From Deltaproteobacteria bacterium (GTDB lineage Bacteria; Myxococcota_A; UBA9160; SMWR01): DNA of 41,873 nt. This document shows, one piece after another, positions 1-9,085 of this stretch. Each line of letters starts with the position of its first letter. The stretch's first letter is position 1. The notes under the pieces are model-generated. The model was not told where the DNA came from. It was given only the letters and a program-made list of their open reading frames with translations, and did not search any database. A program made the position numbers and the translations under genes. The stretch is from contig JAQBGU010000154.1 in the NCBI GenBank assembly GCA_032128375.1, positions 1 to 41,873 of the forward strand, written 5' to 3'.

Positions 1-92
1 ACCAGCTTCCACCAGCTACCACCAGCTACCACCAACTCGAACAACTAGAACAACTAGAACAACTAGAACAACTAGAACAACTAGAACAACTA
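1..92. repeat. Composite short tandem repeat: 10-mer ACCAGCTACC x3, then 9-mer ACAACTAGA x5 plus a partial copy
   Basis: Read directly: 1-30 ACCAGCT(T/A)CC x3; 32-40 degenerate; 41-85 five perfect ACAACTAGA; 86-92 partial copy overlapping the stop codon of the adjacent minus-strand gene. Confidence 0.95.
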
Positions 93-1274
93 CAGCGCGT
101 CGAACAGCGCGGCGATCATGGCGAATGCGCCCGCGCTTCCGACCAGACCCATCTGCATCTGGTTCATCACGAATCCGAACCCGACGCCAGCGTCTGGGTC
201 TGCAAAACCGATCGAGCCTCCGGCACCCGGGTGACCGAACGCGCGCGGGTTCGACCCGAGCGGGATCATGTCCTGGCGCAGCATGAACCCCAACCCGAAT
301 CGCATCGGCAGCCCGCCCAACACCGCGTCGGGGCCAAAGGCCTGCTCTTCGATGGCGCGCTCAATGCTGTCACGCTCGAGGATACGGACCCCATCGACTT
401 CACCGCCGCGCGACAGCGCGCCGTAGATTCGGGCGAGAGACCGCGCGGTACCATGCCCGTTGGCGGCCGGAATTTCGGCCCCGCGCCACTCGCGGCTGTT
501 GTGAGCATCGTCTACCGACTTCGGGTTGGCAAATGCCGCACCCGTCATCGTCGTGGGATCGTTCATATCCCGCATCATGTCACCGAGCGGCCCCTCGATC
601 TGGGGCAGATTTCCGGCTGCAGGCCTCGGTGCAGCAAACAAATCGGAAGTGCGTGCGTCGTGCTCGTCGGAAAAGCCGATGTAGAAGTCTGCATCGAGCG
701 GCTCGCCGACGTGTTCTCGAAAATAGTTCCCCAGGCTCTGGCCCGATACACGCCGAACCAATTCGCCGACCAGGTAGCCAAATGTCATCGCGTGATAGCC
801 GTGCTTCGAGCCTGGCTCCCACCAGGGCTTCTGCGCAGCCAGCGCAGAAGTCATCACGTCCCAATCGTACAGCGCACCAGCCGGCAGCGGTTCCGCAACG
901 GCCGGCAACCCGGCCTGATGACTCAGCAGATAGCGAACCGGAATCGTCTGCTTGCCCGCGGCTGCGAATTCGGGCCAGTACTCGGCGACGGGCGCATCGA
1001 CGTCGAGCTTGCCCTGTTCGATCAGCCGATGCGCGCAGATCGCGGTCATGCCCTTCGTGGTTGAATAGGTATTGACGATCGTGTCGCGTTGCCACTCGCG
1101 GGTTCGGGCGCGGTCAACGTGGCCACCCCACAAGTCGACCACTGAATGTCCATCGAGCGTCACCGCTACCGCCGCGCCGATTTCGAGTCCGCCGGCAAAA
1201 TTGCGCTCGAAAACTTCGCGCACCCTGGCGAAACGCGAGTCGCAGCTTCCGTGGATCGGTGTCACAGCGGTCAT
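90..1274 (-). CDS. Serine hydrolase, beta-lactamase/family VIII esterase (EstB-like)
   Basis: SxxK (YSTTK), LLSHQAGL, HGYH and FGHPGAGGS motifs; ATG at 1274 preceded by GGGAGG; no signal peptide. Confidence 0.9.
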   Translation of the reverse strand: MTAVTPIHGSCDSRFARVREVFERNFAGGLEIGAAVAVTLDGHSVVDLWGGHVDRARTREWQRDTIVNTYSTTKGMTAICAHRLIEQGKLDVDAPVAEYWPEFAAAGKQTIPVRYLLSHQAGLPAVAEPLPAGALYDWDVMTSALAAQKPWWEPGSKHGYHAMTFGYLVGELVRRVSGQSLGNYFREHVGEPLDADFYIGFSDEHDARTSDLFAAPRPAAGNLPQIEGPLGDMMRDMNDPTTMTGAAFANPKSVDDAHNSREWRGAEIPAANGHGTARSLARIYGALSRGGEVDGVRILERDSIERAIEEQAFGPDAVLGGLPMRFGLGFMLRQDMIPLGSNPRAFGHPGAGGSIGFADPDAGVGFGFVMNQMQMGLVGSAGAFAMIAALFDAL

Positions 1275-1344
1275 TGGGCCTCCCTGGGCGCTCCCGTTCG
1301 GTGAGCAGGATTGTAACCGGTAGAGCAAAATGTGCGGAAGGCCG

Positions 1345-2610
1345 TCAGATCGCGTCGAGTACCCCCGTGTACTCCCGCAATAGATCGCGCCAATCCTCGA
1401 TCCCGACCGATACCCGCACCAGATTCTGCTTGACTCCCGCGCGATCGAGTTGTTCGAGCGTCATCGCCGAGTGTGTAGTCGTCGCAGGGTGGCATGCGAG
1501 TGACTCCATTCCCCCCAGGCTGACTGCGTTCTTGGTGATCTTCAAGCGACGCAGAAACTCGAACGCAGTGCTCTTGCCGCCCTGCAGTTCGAGCGAGAAG
1601 ATTCCGCCGGGCCAATCGCACTGGGTTTCGTAGATGCGACGCTGTTCGGGGTCGGTAATCGAAGCCGGGTAGTGGATGCGTTCAACCATCTTGTGCTTCG
1701 CGAGTTCCGAGACGATCCGGCTGGCGTTCTTGCTCTGCCTGTTCATCCGGAGTGACACTGTAGCCAGTCGGCTATCGAGCAGCCAGCACTCATCGGGCTG
1801 CAATATGTTGCCTAACATCGCCCGGACCGAGCGCAGTTTGTCGATCAGCTCAGGGTCCCTTCCGATGGCGACGCCGCCCAGCATGTCGCTGAAACCGGCC
1901 AGGTACTTCGTCGCCGAGTAGATGCACAGGTCTGCACCGAGATCGATCGGATGCTGGAACACGGGGCCCATGAAGGTGTTGTCGACCACGACCAGCGGAC
2001 GCGGTTCGCGCGCGCTGGCCGCCGTGACCGCCAATGCGATGTCGGTCATCTGCAATGTCGGGTTCGCGGGCGTCTCGATGAAAACCAGGCGAAGGTCTGG
2101 CGCCTCGGCGATCGCCGTTGCGAGAGCCTTCGAGTCGCCGGCTGGCACAGGCACGGGATGGACCCCGTAAGGCTCGAGCATCTGATGGAGCAGATGGTGA
2201 GTACCGCCATATACCGGAACCGTGAAGACGATCGAACTCCCAGGCCGACACATCGTCAGGAACAAGGTCGAAATCGCGGCCATGCCCGAGTTGAATACCG
2301 CGGCGGCGGTGGCGCCGGTTTCGAGCGGGACGATCTGGTCTTCGACGATTTCCGCGTTGGGATGCGAGAGCCTCGAATAGATCAGCTCCACATTCTCTCC
2401 GTCGATCGGACGGATTTTTCCGAGCGCAATCGCGAACGCGCGCTCGGCCGATTCGGGTGAGGAAAAGACGTATGTCGACGAGCGGAAAACCGCGGGCCTC
2501 GCTGACCCTACAGAGAGGCGTGGGTCGAAACCTCGGGTGAGAACCTGGGTGTCACGTCGCTCGGCGGGATCGCTCTGGTTGCGACCCTCCTCTTTCCGCT
2601 TCTTCGACAT
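1345..2610 (-). CDS. PLP-dependent transsulfuration enzyme (methionine gamma-lyase/cystathionine gamma-synthase family)
   Basis: YSRLSHPN, SGMAAI, ETPANPT, VDNTF, SATKYLAG (PLP Lys), AVSLGG, RVSVGIE; GGAGGAG RBS. Confidence 0.92.
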   Translation of the reverse strand: MSKKRKEEGRNQSDPAERRDTQVLTRGFDPRLSVGSARPAVFRSSTYVFSSPESAERAFAIALGKIRPIDGENVELIYSRLSHPNAEIVEDQIVPLETGATAAAVFNSGMAAISTLFLTMCRPGSSIVFTVPVYGGTHHLLHQMLEPYGVHPVPVPAGDSKALATAIAEAPDLRLVFIETPANPTLQMTDIALAVTAASAREPRPLVVVDNTFMGPVFQHPIDLGADLCIYSATKYLAGFSDMLGGVAIGRDPELIDKLRSVRAMLGNILQPDECWLLDSRLATVSLRMNRQSKNASRIVSELAKHKMVERIHYPASITDPEQRRIYETQCDWPGGIFSLELQGGKSTAFEFLRRLKITKNAVSLGGMESLACHPATTTHSAMTLEQLDRAGVKQNLVRVSVGIEDWRDLLREYTGVLDAI

Positions 2611-2620
2611 CGGCTCCTCC

Positions 2621-2650
2621 TATGGGCTCACTTGGGCTCACATGGGCTCG
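2621..2650. repeat. 10-bp tandem repeat x3 (core TGGGCTC) abutting the RBS of the PLP enzyme
   Basis: TATGGGCTCA CTTGGGCTCA CATGGGCTCG. Confidence 0.85.
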
Positions 2651-2901
2651 CGTTTCGCATGCGCTTGCACACATTACAGACACCGGCGGGGAGGACAATC
2701 CGGGTGTTACCTGCATCGGTCGCTCGTCAACCCGAATTAAGCCGAAGACTCAGCGGCCGGCTCCGTGGCGAACATGCCCAGCGTGATCCATTCGAAGAGA
2801 ATCGCCCAAGGGCGCTCTAGCGCGCAGATGCCTAGACGCGCTCGGTTCCGGAAAACGCCATTTCACCCGGGCGACACAAGATCACGCCGAACTTCACGGA
2901 G

Positions 2902-3072
2902 GGCTCCTCAAGCTTTCAACGGGTCGCAATCTGCACAGGCCTGGCGACCTGCCCTGCCGAGTCCAGCGACCTGCGCCATAGCCCGCGCGAACCCCTTTAT
3001 AGGTTCCACAGCTCAGTTCCGCCAAGTTCGGCGCGCGGTGCCCACACCGGCCCACATCAAGCCCAGGGAGCC
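2902..3072 (-). ncRNA. Candidate structured non-coding RNA (~171 nt), family unassigned
   Basis: On the minus strand the 5' end GGCUCCCUGGGCUUGAUGUGGGCCG pairs with the 3' end CGACCCGUUGAAAGCUUGAGGAGCC using several G-U pairs that would be A-C mismatches on plus; internal helices GGUG/CACC, CGCGC/GCGCG, GAACC/GGUUC, GCGCAGG/CCUGUGC; lies in a ~500-bp region without a convincing ORF. Confidence 0.55.
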
Positions 3073-3107
3073 GAGAACGCGACCGTCTGAGGCTGACGCG
3101 TCTGCTA

Positions 3108-4532
3108 TTAATAAGAGGTCGGCGCTGGTGCAGCAACGCGACCGACGTCGCGCTGTGCCTGCTCGAGGTCGGCGCGGGAAAACCCGAAGCGCAGCAGTGC
3201 CAAGCCCGATGCCAGATACAGCGCTGCTGGGAACCAGGAGTACATCCACAGCATCCACCACTGGACTCGCTCGGTCTGTGGAACACCGGGTTGGTAGCCG
3301 ACGTGTTCCAGAATCTGCAATGCGACGAAACCGGTGATCGCAGCACCGAGCTTGGTAACGAACGCCCAGATCGCGAAGTACGAACCTTCGCGGCGACCGC
3401 CGGTGCGCACTTCGTCCCAATCGATCAAGTCGGCGACCATCGAGGGCGGCAACGACAGATAGTTTCCAAACGACAACCCGCCAAAGAAGAGCACGATCGA
3501 AAAATACAGCACCGTCCCGCTTGCGAGAAACGCGCAACCCATGCTGGTGACTGCTGCCAGCGCGATCGCCACCCCCCAGGCGTTGCGCTTGCCCATTTGT
3601 ATGGCCACCCGCGTCCACAGCGGCAAAGAGAGAGCGCCGGCCGAAAAATAGATCAGCAGGTAGTAGGACCAGGTCGGAATCCAACCGGGCATTGCAGCGG
3701 TCCACCATTCGGGTGTGCCGATGATGTAGACGGACACATAAATGGTCAGAACGGCCGGAACCGCTCCCGCGATGGCACTGCACGCAAACGCGAGTAGGAG
3801 CTTCCGGAAATGAGGATTTCTCAGTGTCATCCGCCAGCCCGCGTAGGGGTTCATCGGTTCGCGCCCCTGAAACTCCGCACGCTCGGTCGAGGCCAATGCG
3901 GAGATCACCAGGAAGACGACCATACCTCCGCCCAATATTGCTGCCATGAACGAGTAGCCACGGATTCCGCCGTAGGCGTGAATCAAATACGCGGGGGCGA
4001 TCGTGGCCACAAGCAGCCCCGCCAGCGCGCACGCCTCGCGAACGGAGATGACTTTGACGCGCTCCTGGTAATCGTCGGTGAGTTCCGCTCCGAGACTGTA
4101 ATACGGGACCGCGCCAATCGTCCAGAACAAGTAGGTCGCGACATAGCAGACCAGCATATAGCCGAGCAGATAGGCTTGGCTGTGTTCCTGTGCAGATGGA
4201 GGTGTAAACAGCAAGTAGAACGCGACGGCAAGCGGCACAGCCGCACCCAGAAAGTACGGACGACGGCGCCCGAAGCGGGTATTCGAGCGGTCGGACAGGT
4301 ACCCCATCACGGGGTCGGTGGCAGCGTCGAAGATCTTGGCCAGTAGCAGCGACCACGCGACGTAACCCGCCGTCAAACCCACGTAGTCGGTATAGAAGTA
4401 CTGGAGGTTGACGGCGATCACGAGACCTAGCAGCGCAAACGCGAAATTTCCTACGCCGTATCCGAACATCGCGCCTAGGCCGATGTCAGAGCGTCGAAGC
4501 GCGACAGACGAATCGAAGGGTGTAGTCGCCAT
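3108..4532 (-). CDS. MFS transporter, GPH (MelB-like) family
   Basis: FDAATDPVMGYLSDRSNTRFGRRRPY, AELTDDYQER, ADLIDWDE...RREG motifs; ~12 hydrophobic segments. Confidence 0.92.
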   Translation of the reverse strand: MATTPFDSSVALRRSDIGLGAMFGYGVGNFAFALLGLVIAVNLQYFYTDYVGLTAGYVAWSLLLAKIFDAATDPVMGYLSDRSNTRFGRRRPYFLGAAVPLAVAFYLLFTPPSAQEHSQAYLLGYMLVCYVATYLFWTIGAVPYYSLGAELTDDYQERVKVISVREACALAGLLVATIAPAYLIHAYGGIRGYSFMAAILGGGMVVFLVISALASTERAEFQGREPMNPYAGWRMTLRNPHFRKLLLAFACSAIAGAVPAVLTIYVSVYIIGTPEWWTAAMPGWIPTWSYYLLIYFSAGALSLPLWTRVAIQMGKRNAWGVAIALAAVTSMGCAFLASGTVLYFSIVLFFGGLSFGNYLSLPPSMVADLIDWDEVRTGGRREGSYFAIWAFVTKLGAAITGFVALQILEHVGYQPGVPQTERVQWWMLWMYSWFPAALYLASGLALLRFGFSRADLEQAQRDVGRVAAPAPTSY

Positions 4533-4638
4533 GCGATATCAGGGCGCGTCGGCGTCAATCAGCATGGCCGGCAGTCTACTTCGCTGAGGGCTGAACATGT
4601 GAACTACGTGAGACCCGACCGTCCACCGAAAACACCGG

Positions 4639-5193
4639 CTAATCTTTCGCCGCGATCTCGATCAGTCGTGCATCCATGACCCAGGGCTTTCGTGAGAGCC
4701 CGTCGAATTCGAGGCGCCCCACGAAGACGACCGGCGTACCCCTTGCGAGTTTCGACACGGGGTCGCCATTCGGTGCCCTGATCAGCACGGGAAAGGTCTT
4801 CGGAAAGAGCGCGCCGGCCTGGCTCGGAGGTGCGACATTCAGCGAGAACTCGCTGATGTCGGCACCATGCTTGACGATTCGCGTCGATTGAACGACGCCC
4901 GACCAGCCGACCGTCTTGCGCTTGACGCGCTTGATGACCATTTCGACAGCTTCACTGTCATCGGCGGCAACCTCGAGCGCGCCGAAGAACGTGTCGAAAG
5001 GAATCGGAGAGAACGCAGCGCGTTCCTCTTCGCTCAATCCCAATTCCTCGACTGCCGGCGGAGGAAAGATTTCTGTAGACCCCGAGCCGCAGGCAAGCAG
5101 TAGCCATGAGAGAAGTATGAGACATGATATCGCGACAAACCACGTCGGAAGAGACAAGTCGACGGACTTCGCGTGCGCCAAGGCGGGGCTCAT
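4639..5193 (-). CDS. Hypothetical lipoprotein, possible OB-fold-like domain
   Basis: Hydrophobic N-terminus with LLAC lipobox; KTVGWSGVV...VVFVGRL beta pattern. Confidence 0.6.
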   Translation of the reverse strand: MSPALAHAKSVDLSLPTWFVAISCLILLSWLLLACGSGSTEIFPPPAVEELGLSEEERAAFSPIPFDTFFGALEVAADDSEAVEMVIKRVKRKTVGWSGVVQSTRIVKHGADISEFSLNVAPPSQAGALFPKTFPVLIRAPNGDPVSKLARGTPVVFVGRLEFDGLSRKPWVMDARLIEIAAKD

Positions 5194-5434
5194 GGTCGCT
5201 TCCTCGATCGTTGGCTCGGGCGGATCATCGCATACGAGCGGGCGTGCTTGCTATTCAGCTCTCGACTCGGCGGTTGGCTCGAGCGAAGCTGGAATGCCCC
5301 GGTGCGGATTGGGCCGGAGGCATCGCCTCCCGTCCCACCGAGGCGGCCCCGGGCGCGAGAGCATGTGCGTCAAGGCATCAGGAATGGCACAATTGCAAAC
5401 GTCGGCTTCGCGCCGACGCCTCCTGGAGGACCGA

Positions 5435-6178
5435 ATGAAGATGCGCCACGAACTGCTGTTTGCGCTCGCTGTTCTCACCCTTCTCAGCTGCGGAACGCCA
5501 GCGCCGACGCCGGTCTTCGTCGATGGCAACCTGGGACAGGCCGCTCCCGACCTCCAGCGCCTGGAGCGGTCGGGATTCTCGTTGGCGTGGATGCGGCCGG
5601 ATGTATCGTTCGCTGGCTACGACCGGGTCCATCTGGTCTACCCGGACGTGAGGTACCGAACAACCCCGCGCTACTCCTCGCGCGCAGCCTTCGGGGCTGA
5701 CAATTACTCGTTGTCAGAGGGCTTCACGATGGAGTTCATGTCGGCGCTCGAGCAGAGTTTTCGAAACGAGTTGGCGGCGGCGGGCGCCTGGCGACCCGCA
5801 GCCGAGCCCAACGCGTACGAGGCTGAACAAACACTCGTGATCCGTGTGTCCCTGATCGACCTCATCGTCCACGTCCCGCTGGAGTTGTTGGCAGGTGACA
5901 CAGAGGCCTGGGTCGATTCGATCGGCGCAGTCACGGTCGTCATCGATCTCTACGATGTACCGACTCAGCACATCATTGCGCGCTTCGCGGATCGCCGATT
6001 TGTCGCTCCCCGCAGCGGGCGCGCGATCCGAGCAAACCCGGGAGCCTCGCTGTATGAATCGCGCCAGATTTTCTCGTTGTGGGCGCGGAATCTGCGACTG
6101 GCCCTCGAGGCCCTCGAGACCGCCAAGGGAACGACGGTCTCGAGGGCGACGCCTGCCCCCGATCCGATAGCAAACTAG
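5435..6178 (+). CDS. Lipoprotein, DUF3313-like
   Basis: GGAGG RBS then ATG 5435; LLSC lipobox; VSFAGYDRV, TLVIRVSLIDL, VTVVIDLYD...IIARFADRR pattern. Confidence 0.7.
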   Translation: MKMRHELLFALAVLTLLSCGTPAPTPVFVDGNLGQAAPDLQRLERSGFSLAWMRPDVSFAGYDRVHLVYPDVRYRTTPRYSSRAAFGADNYSLSEGFTMEFMSALEQSFRNELAAAGAWRPAAEPNAYEAEQTLVIRVSLIDLIVHVPLELLAGDTEAWVDSIGAVTVVIDLYDVPTQHIIARFADRRFVAPRSGRAIRANPGASLYESRQIFSLWARNLRLALEALETAKGTTVSRATPAPDPIAN

Positions 6179-6446
6179 ACCCGCTGGACGAGCGGGGCCG
6201 ATTCCTCGCACCCGAATCGGCGCGCGACCGCCGCTGAACTCGCCGCCGCACGATCGACGCATGCTGTTCTCATTGCGTGGTACCGCGAAGCTGCTCGCAT
6301 CCGCTCGAGAGACCACGAAGGAATGGCTCGATTATCGGCCGCGACAACGGGCTGCCCGTGTCGCCGTGCAAGATCGACTACCTGCGCACACGGTTTCGCT
6401 ATCCCGACGCGATCGAGAAGGTGGTGTTCGACCTGAAGTGACGGGT

Positions 6447-6833
6447 CTACGGTTTCTTCTCCATCAGCTTCTGCTCGACCTTCTGCTTCATCTCGGCGCG
6501 AGCCACCTGCCATTGTTGAAACTGCACCGGCGTGAGCACGGGCTTCAGCGCGGCGTCGCGCGAGGCTTCGAGCTGCTTGGTTTTGCGCAGCTTGATCAGC
6601 GGGCCGTCCGTTCCTTTCAACACCGGCTCCATCTGCTGGGCCGACTCCAGGTTGATCGCCTCGACCTTCGGTAGCTGCTCTGGCGTGAGCGCGAGCTTCT
6701 CCTTCATTTCGAGCGTCCAGGCCTTCGCGCGTACCTCGGGCGTCGAGTTCTTTACCTCCGCCGGCACCTGGGCCGACGCGAGCCTGGACACGAGCAGTAG
6801 AACGAGCGCGATTCCGAACGTGAGTCGATGCAT
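6447..6833 (-). CDS. Small exported helical protein with LTxxQ motifs (Spy/CpxP-like)
   Basis: GGAGG RBS; signal peptide ending ASA; LALTPEQ and VLTPVQ motifs. Confidence 0.7.
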   Translation of the reverse strand: MHRLTFGIALVLLLVSRLASAQVPAEVKNSTPEVRAKAWTLEMKEKLALTPEQLPKVEAINLESAQQMEPVLKGTDGPLIKLRKTKQLEASRDAALKPVLTPVQFQQWQVARAEMKQKVEQKLMEKKP

Positions 6834-7118
6834 CGTGATTCCTCCCATCAGGCGCTGTTCTAGCAGAACTCGGCGACGCCGGCGACGCGGCAAACCCGGA
6901 TCGTGTTCGGTTCGGCGCCGGTCTTCGAGCCCCGTCGAGTGGCTGATCGACCAAACACAGAGGGGGAGAGGGGGAAGCCTCTTCCCTTCGTCGGGTGGCC
7001 CACCCACCCGAGAACGCGGGCGAGACGCTGTCTCGCTAACCCGGATGATTCACCTCCTGTGGGGACAGCCGGACGCCTTCCCGCATTAACGGCGATGGCG
7101 CAGGACGGGCCTGCTGTA

Positions 7119-7138
7119 TTGACAAATAATAGTGTCAA
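7119..7138. promoter_or_regulatory. Palindromic operator-like site TTGACA-N8-TGTCAA
   Basis: TTGACA AATAATAG TGTCAA in a locally AT-rich intergenic patch. Confidence 0.5.
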
Positions 7139-7434
7139 ACGACAAGCTGAGCCCACTATTCCCTATGCAGTGACAGCTATGAACGACACACCACGACGAC
7201 GACTCTTCGCCGTCATCGAACGCGAAGTTCTCGGCCTCCGGGAAACCCGGGACACACCATTCTTTCTGGGGAGTCGGTCTGTGAGGTATGCCCCCTTGAT
7301 CAATGTTGGGGGGACTACCAACAAAATCTTCGCGGGAAGACCCAGCGCTACAACACAGCACTCTTGAAGCTGCGACAGGACGCCTGGGGTCCAAAAGCGG
7401 AAAACGAGTCCAAGACACCAGGAATCCGGTCCGC

Positions 7435-8760
7435 TCAGCCAACCGCTTTGTCTTGCCCAATGTGGTCCGGGCCAATTTCGTCCTGGCCGATGTAGTCGTC
7501 GAGTGTCCGATGAAAATGCCGGATCCGGATCTCCTGGTCGGACAGGTGGAGTCCCTGAAAAGCCGCCGAGTTCATTCCGGCCTGGATCCGCGGAAGATTA
7601 TAGATGTCCTGGGCCATCAGCTCTCCGCCACCGCCGACAGGCTCGAGCACCAGGTCATCTGATCCAACATGATCGCTGTGTGCCGCGCGCGGGATCTGCG
7701 CGCTCGGTGCACGCAACAAATTGAAGAAATCGAAGAACATGCGATTTGGATCGGTCGGGTGCGGACGGTGGCGGAACAGCCATGCGCTGCGGCCGAAAAT
7801 GTTGAGCGTGATGTTCGGAAAGATCGTGTAATGGAAGTCGTCTGTTAGTTGTGCGTCATTCAGATCCGAAAAATCGGCACCCAACGCCGGCCCTTGAATT
7901 TCACGAACCGCCTTGGCGATCGCCGGTCGCACATCATCAGGTCCCCCGGCGAACGCGGCCGGGTCGATCCCTGCAGAGGCGAGGAAACTCTGACGAATCA
8001 TCTCGTTGACGTGACCGTGTTCTGAAAGACGCGGGCTCGCGACAGCAAGCCGCAGGATCATTCGGCTATGGCGGTCGTAACAATCGATCGGAACATTGAC
8101 GTCGTCGTTGACAGGAAGCGTATCCGGGTGTGTGCCAGCGATGTGATAGGCCTCGTTGAACGCGTCGAGCGATGTCTTCCAATTGCAATTCATCTCGATC
8201 GTGTAGTCATTGAGGATCGACATCTCGTCGAAATGATAGGGGTCGAGGTGTTCGGGAATGACACCGAGGTAGTCGAGCAGCGGCTCGGCGTTGGAATTCA
8301 GGTTGATCCAGACGAAGCCACCCCACGTCTCGCAGTGCACAGGCCGCAGAGCGAGCCGCTCTTTCGGGCAGCCCTGCGGGAAGCTCTGAGCGTCGTGCGC
8401 TCGCTTCAGGCTTCCGTCAATTCCGTATCGCCAGCCGTGGAAGCGACAGGTAAACGACGTCGCCTGTCCGATGCCAGGTTCGCGCAGTCGGTTGCCGCGA
8501 TGCATGCACACGTTGTAGTGAGCTGCGATCGCGCCGCCACGTTGTCGGACGACCAGGATCGACTCGGTTCCAATCTCATAGGTCAGATAGTCACCCGACT
8601 CCGGAACGTCGCGCTCGAAGCCGGCCAATAGCCAGGTCCGGTTCCACAGTCGCTCGCGTTCGAGTCGAGCATACACATCGGATGTGTAACGCTGCTTCGG
8701 AATCAGCTCCGTACCGAGATCGGGAGTCGGTGCGCGCATCATCGGAGTGGGTCGAGTCAT
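7435..8760 (-). CDS. Rieske ring-hydroxylating oxygenase, alpha subunit
   Basis: Rieske CMH...CRFHGW; mononuclear Fe motif NWK...EAYHIAGTH; C-terminal QD; GGAGG upstream of ATG 8760. Confidence 0.92.
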   Translation of the reverse strand: MTRPTPMMRAPTPDLGTELIPKQRYTSDVYARLERERLWNRTWLLAGFERDVPESGDYLTYEIGTESILVVRQRGGAIAAHYNVCMHRGNRLREPGIGQATSFTCRFHGWRYGIDGSLKRAHDAQSFPQGCPKERLALRPVHCETWGGFVWINLNSNAEPLLDYLGVIPEHLDPYHFDEMSILNDYTIEMNCNWKTSLDAFNEAYHIAGTHPDTLPVNDDVNVPIDCYDRHSRMILRLAVASPRLSEHGHVNEMIRQSFLASAGIDPAAFAGGPDDVRPAIAKAVREIQGPALGADFSDLNDAQLTDDFHYTIFPNITLNIFGRSAWLFRHRPHPTDPNRMFFDFFNLLRAPSAQIPRAAHSDHVGSDDLVLEPVGGGGELMAQDIYNLPRIQAGMNSAAFQGLHLSDQEIRIRHFHRTLDDYIGQDEIGPDHIGQDKAVG

Positions 8761-9085
8761 CCGCGCTGCTCGGCCTCCAACACGTGCATTTTCCAACCCT
8801 CCGCAGATTTTTCAGGTCCCTCGAGCACGTCGTCCATCAGGCTGATCCTCCGGGCCCCGGCGGCAGCTCGCGCACAGCCGCCATTGCCCGCTATTCTACA
8901 GCCCGAAGAGCGCGCGTCGCGTCGTCGATTCGCACACGATCGCACGTCGGTGCTCCCCATCCCAGCTCGAGGACTTGGACTCGTATGACGGTGATCTCCC
9001 AAGACGACAAACGACCAGCGGTCACGCGCGGTAGCCCGCGGCGCTCGATGCCGCTCGGTTCGTTACCGCAGTCAAAGGAGTCGGT

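Noticed and set aside
1..92. Possible CRISPR array edge
   Set aside because: Units are 9-10 bp, contiguous, without spacers; no cas genes in the window
90..1274. Class C beta-lactamase resistance gene
   Set aside because: No signal peptide or KTG motif; pattern fits cytoplasmic family VIII esterases
2902..3072. Assignment as 6S RNA or SAM riboswitch
   Set aside because: Size and closing stem recall 6S, but the interior is multi-branched rather than rod-plus-bubble and zapA/ygfA context is missing; SAM-I core motifs not found
3013..4356. Long alternative-frame/antisense ORFs (also 19551-20807, 24192-25526, 30919-32592, 33722-34696, 36982-37989)
   Set aside because: Arg/Gly/Ala-rich shadows of well-supported genes, expected at high GC; no motifs
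6961..6990. Purine/pyrimidine hairpin as terminator or REP element
   Set aside because: Short imperfect stem, no U-tract, no second copy in the window
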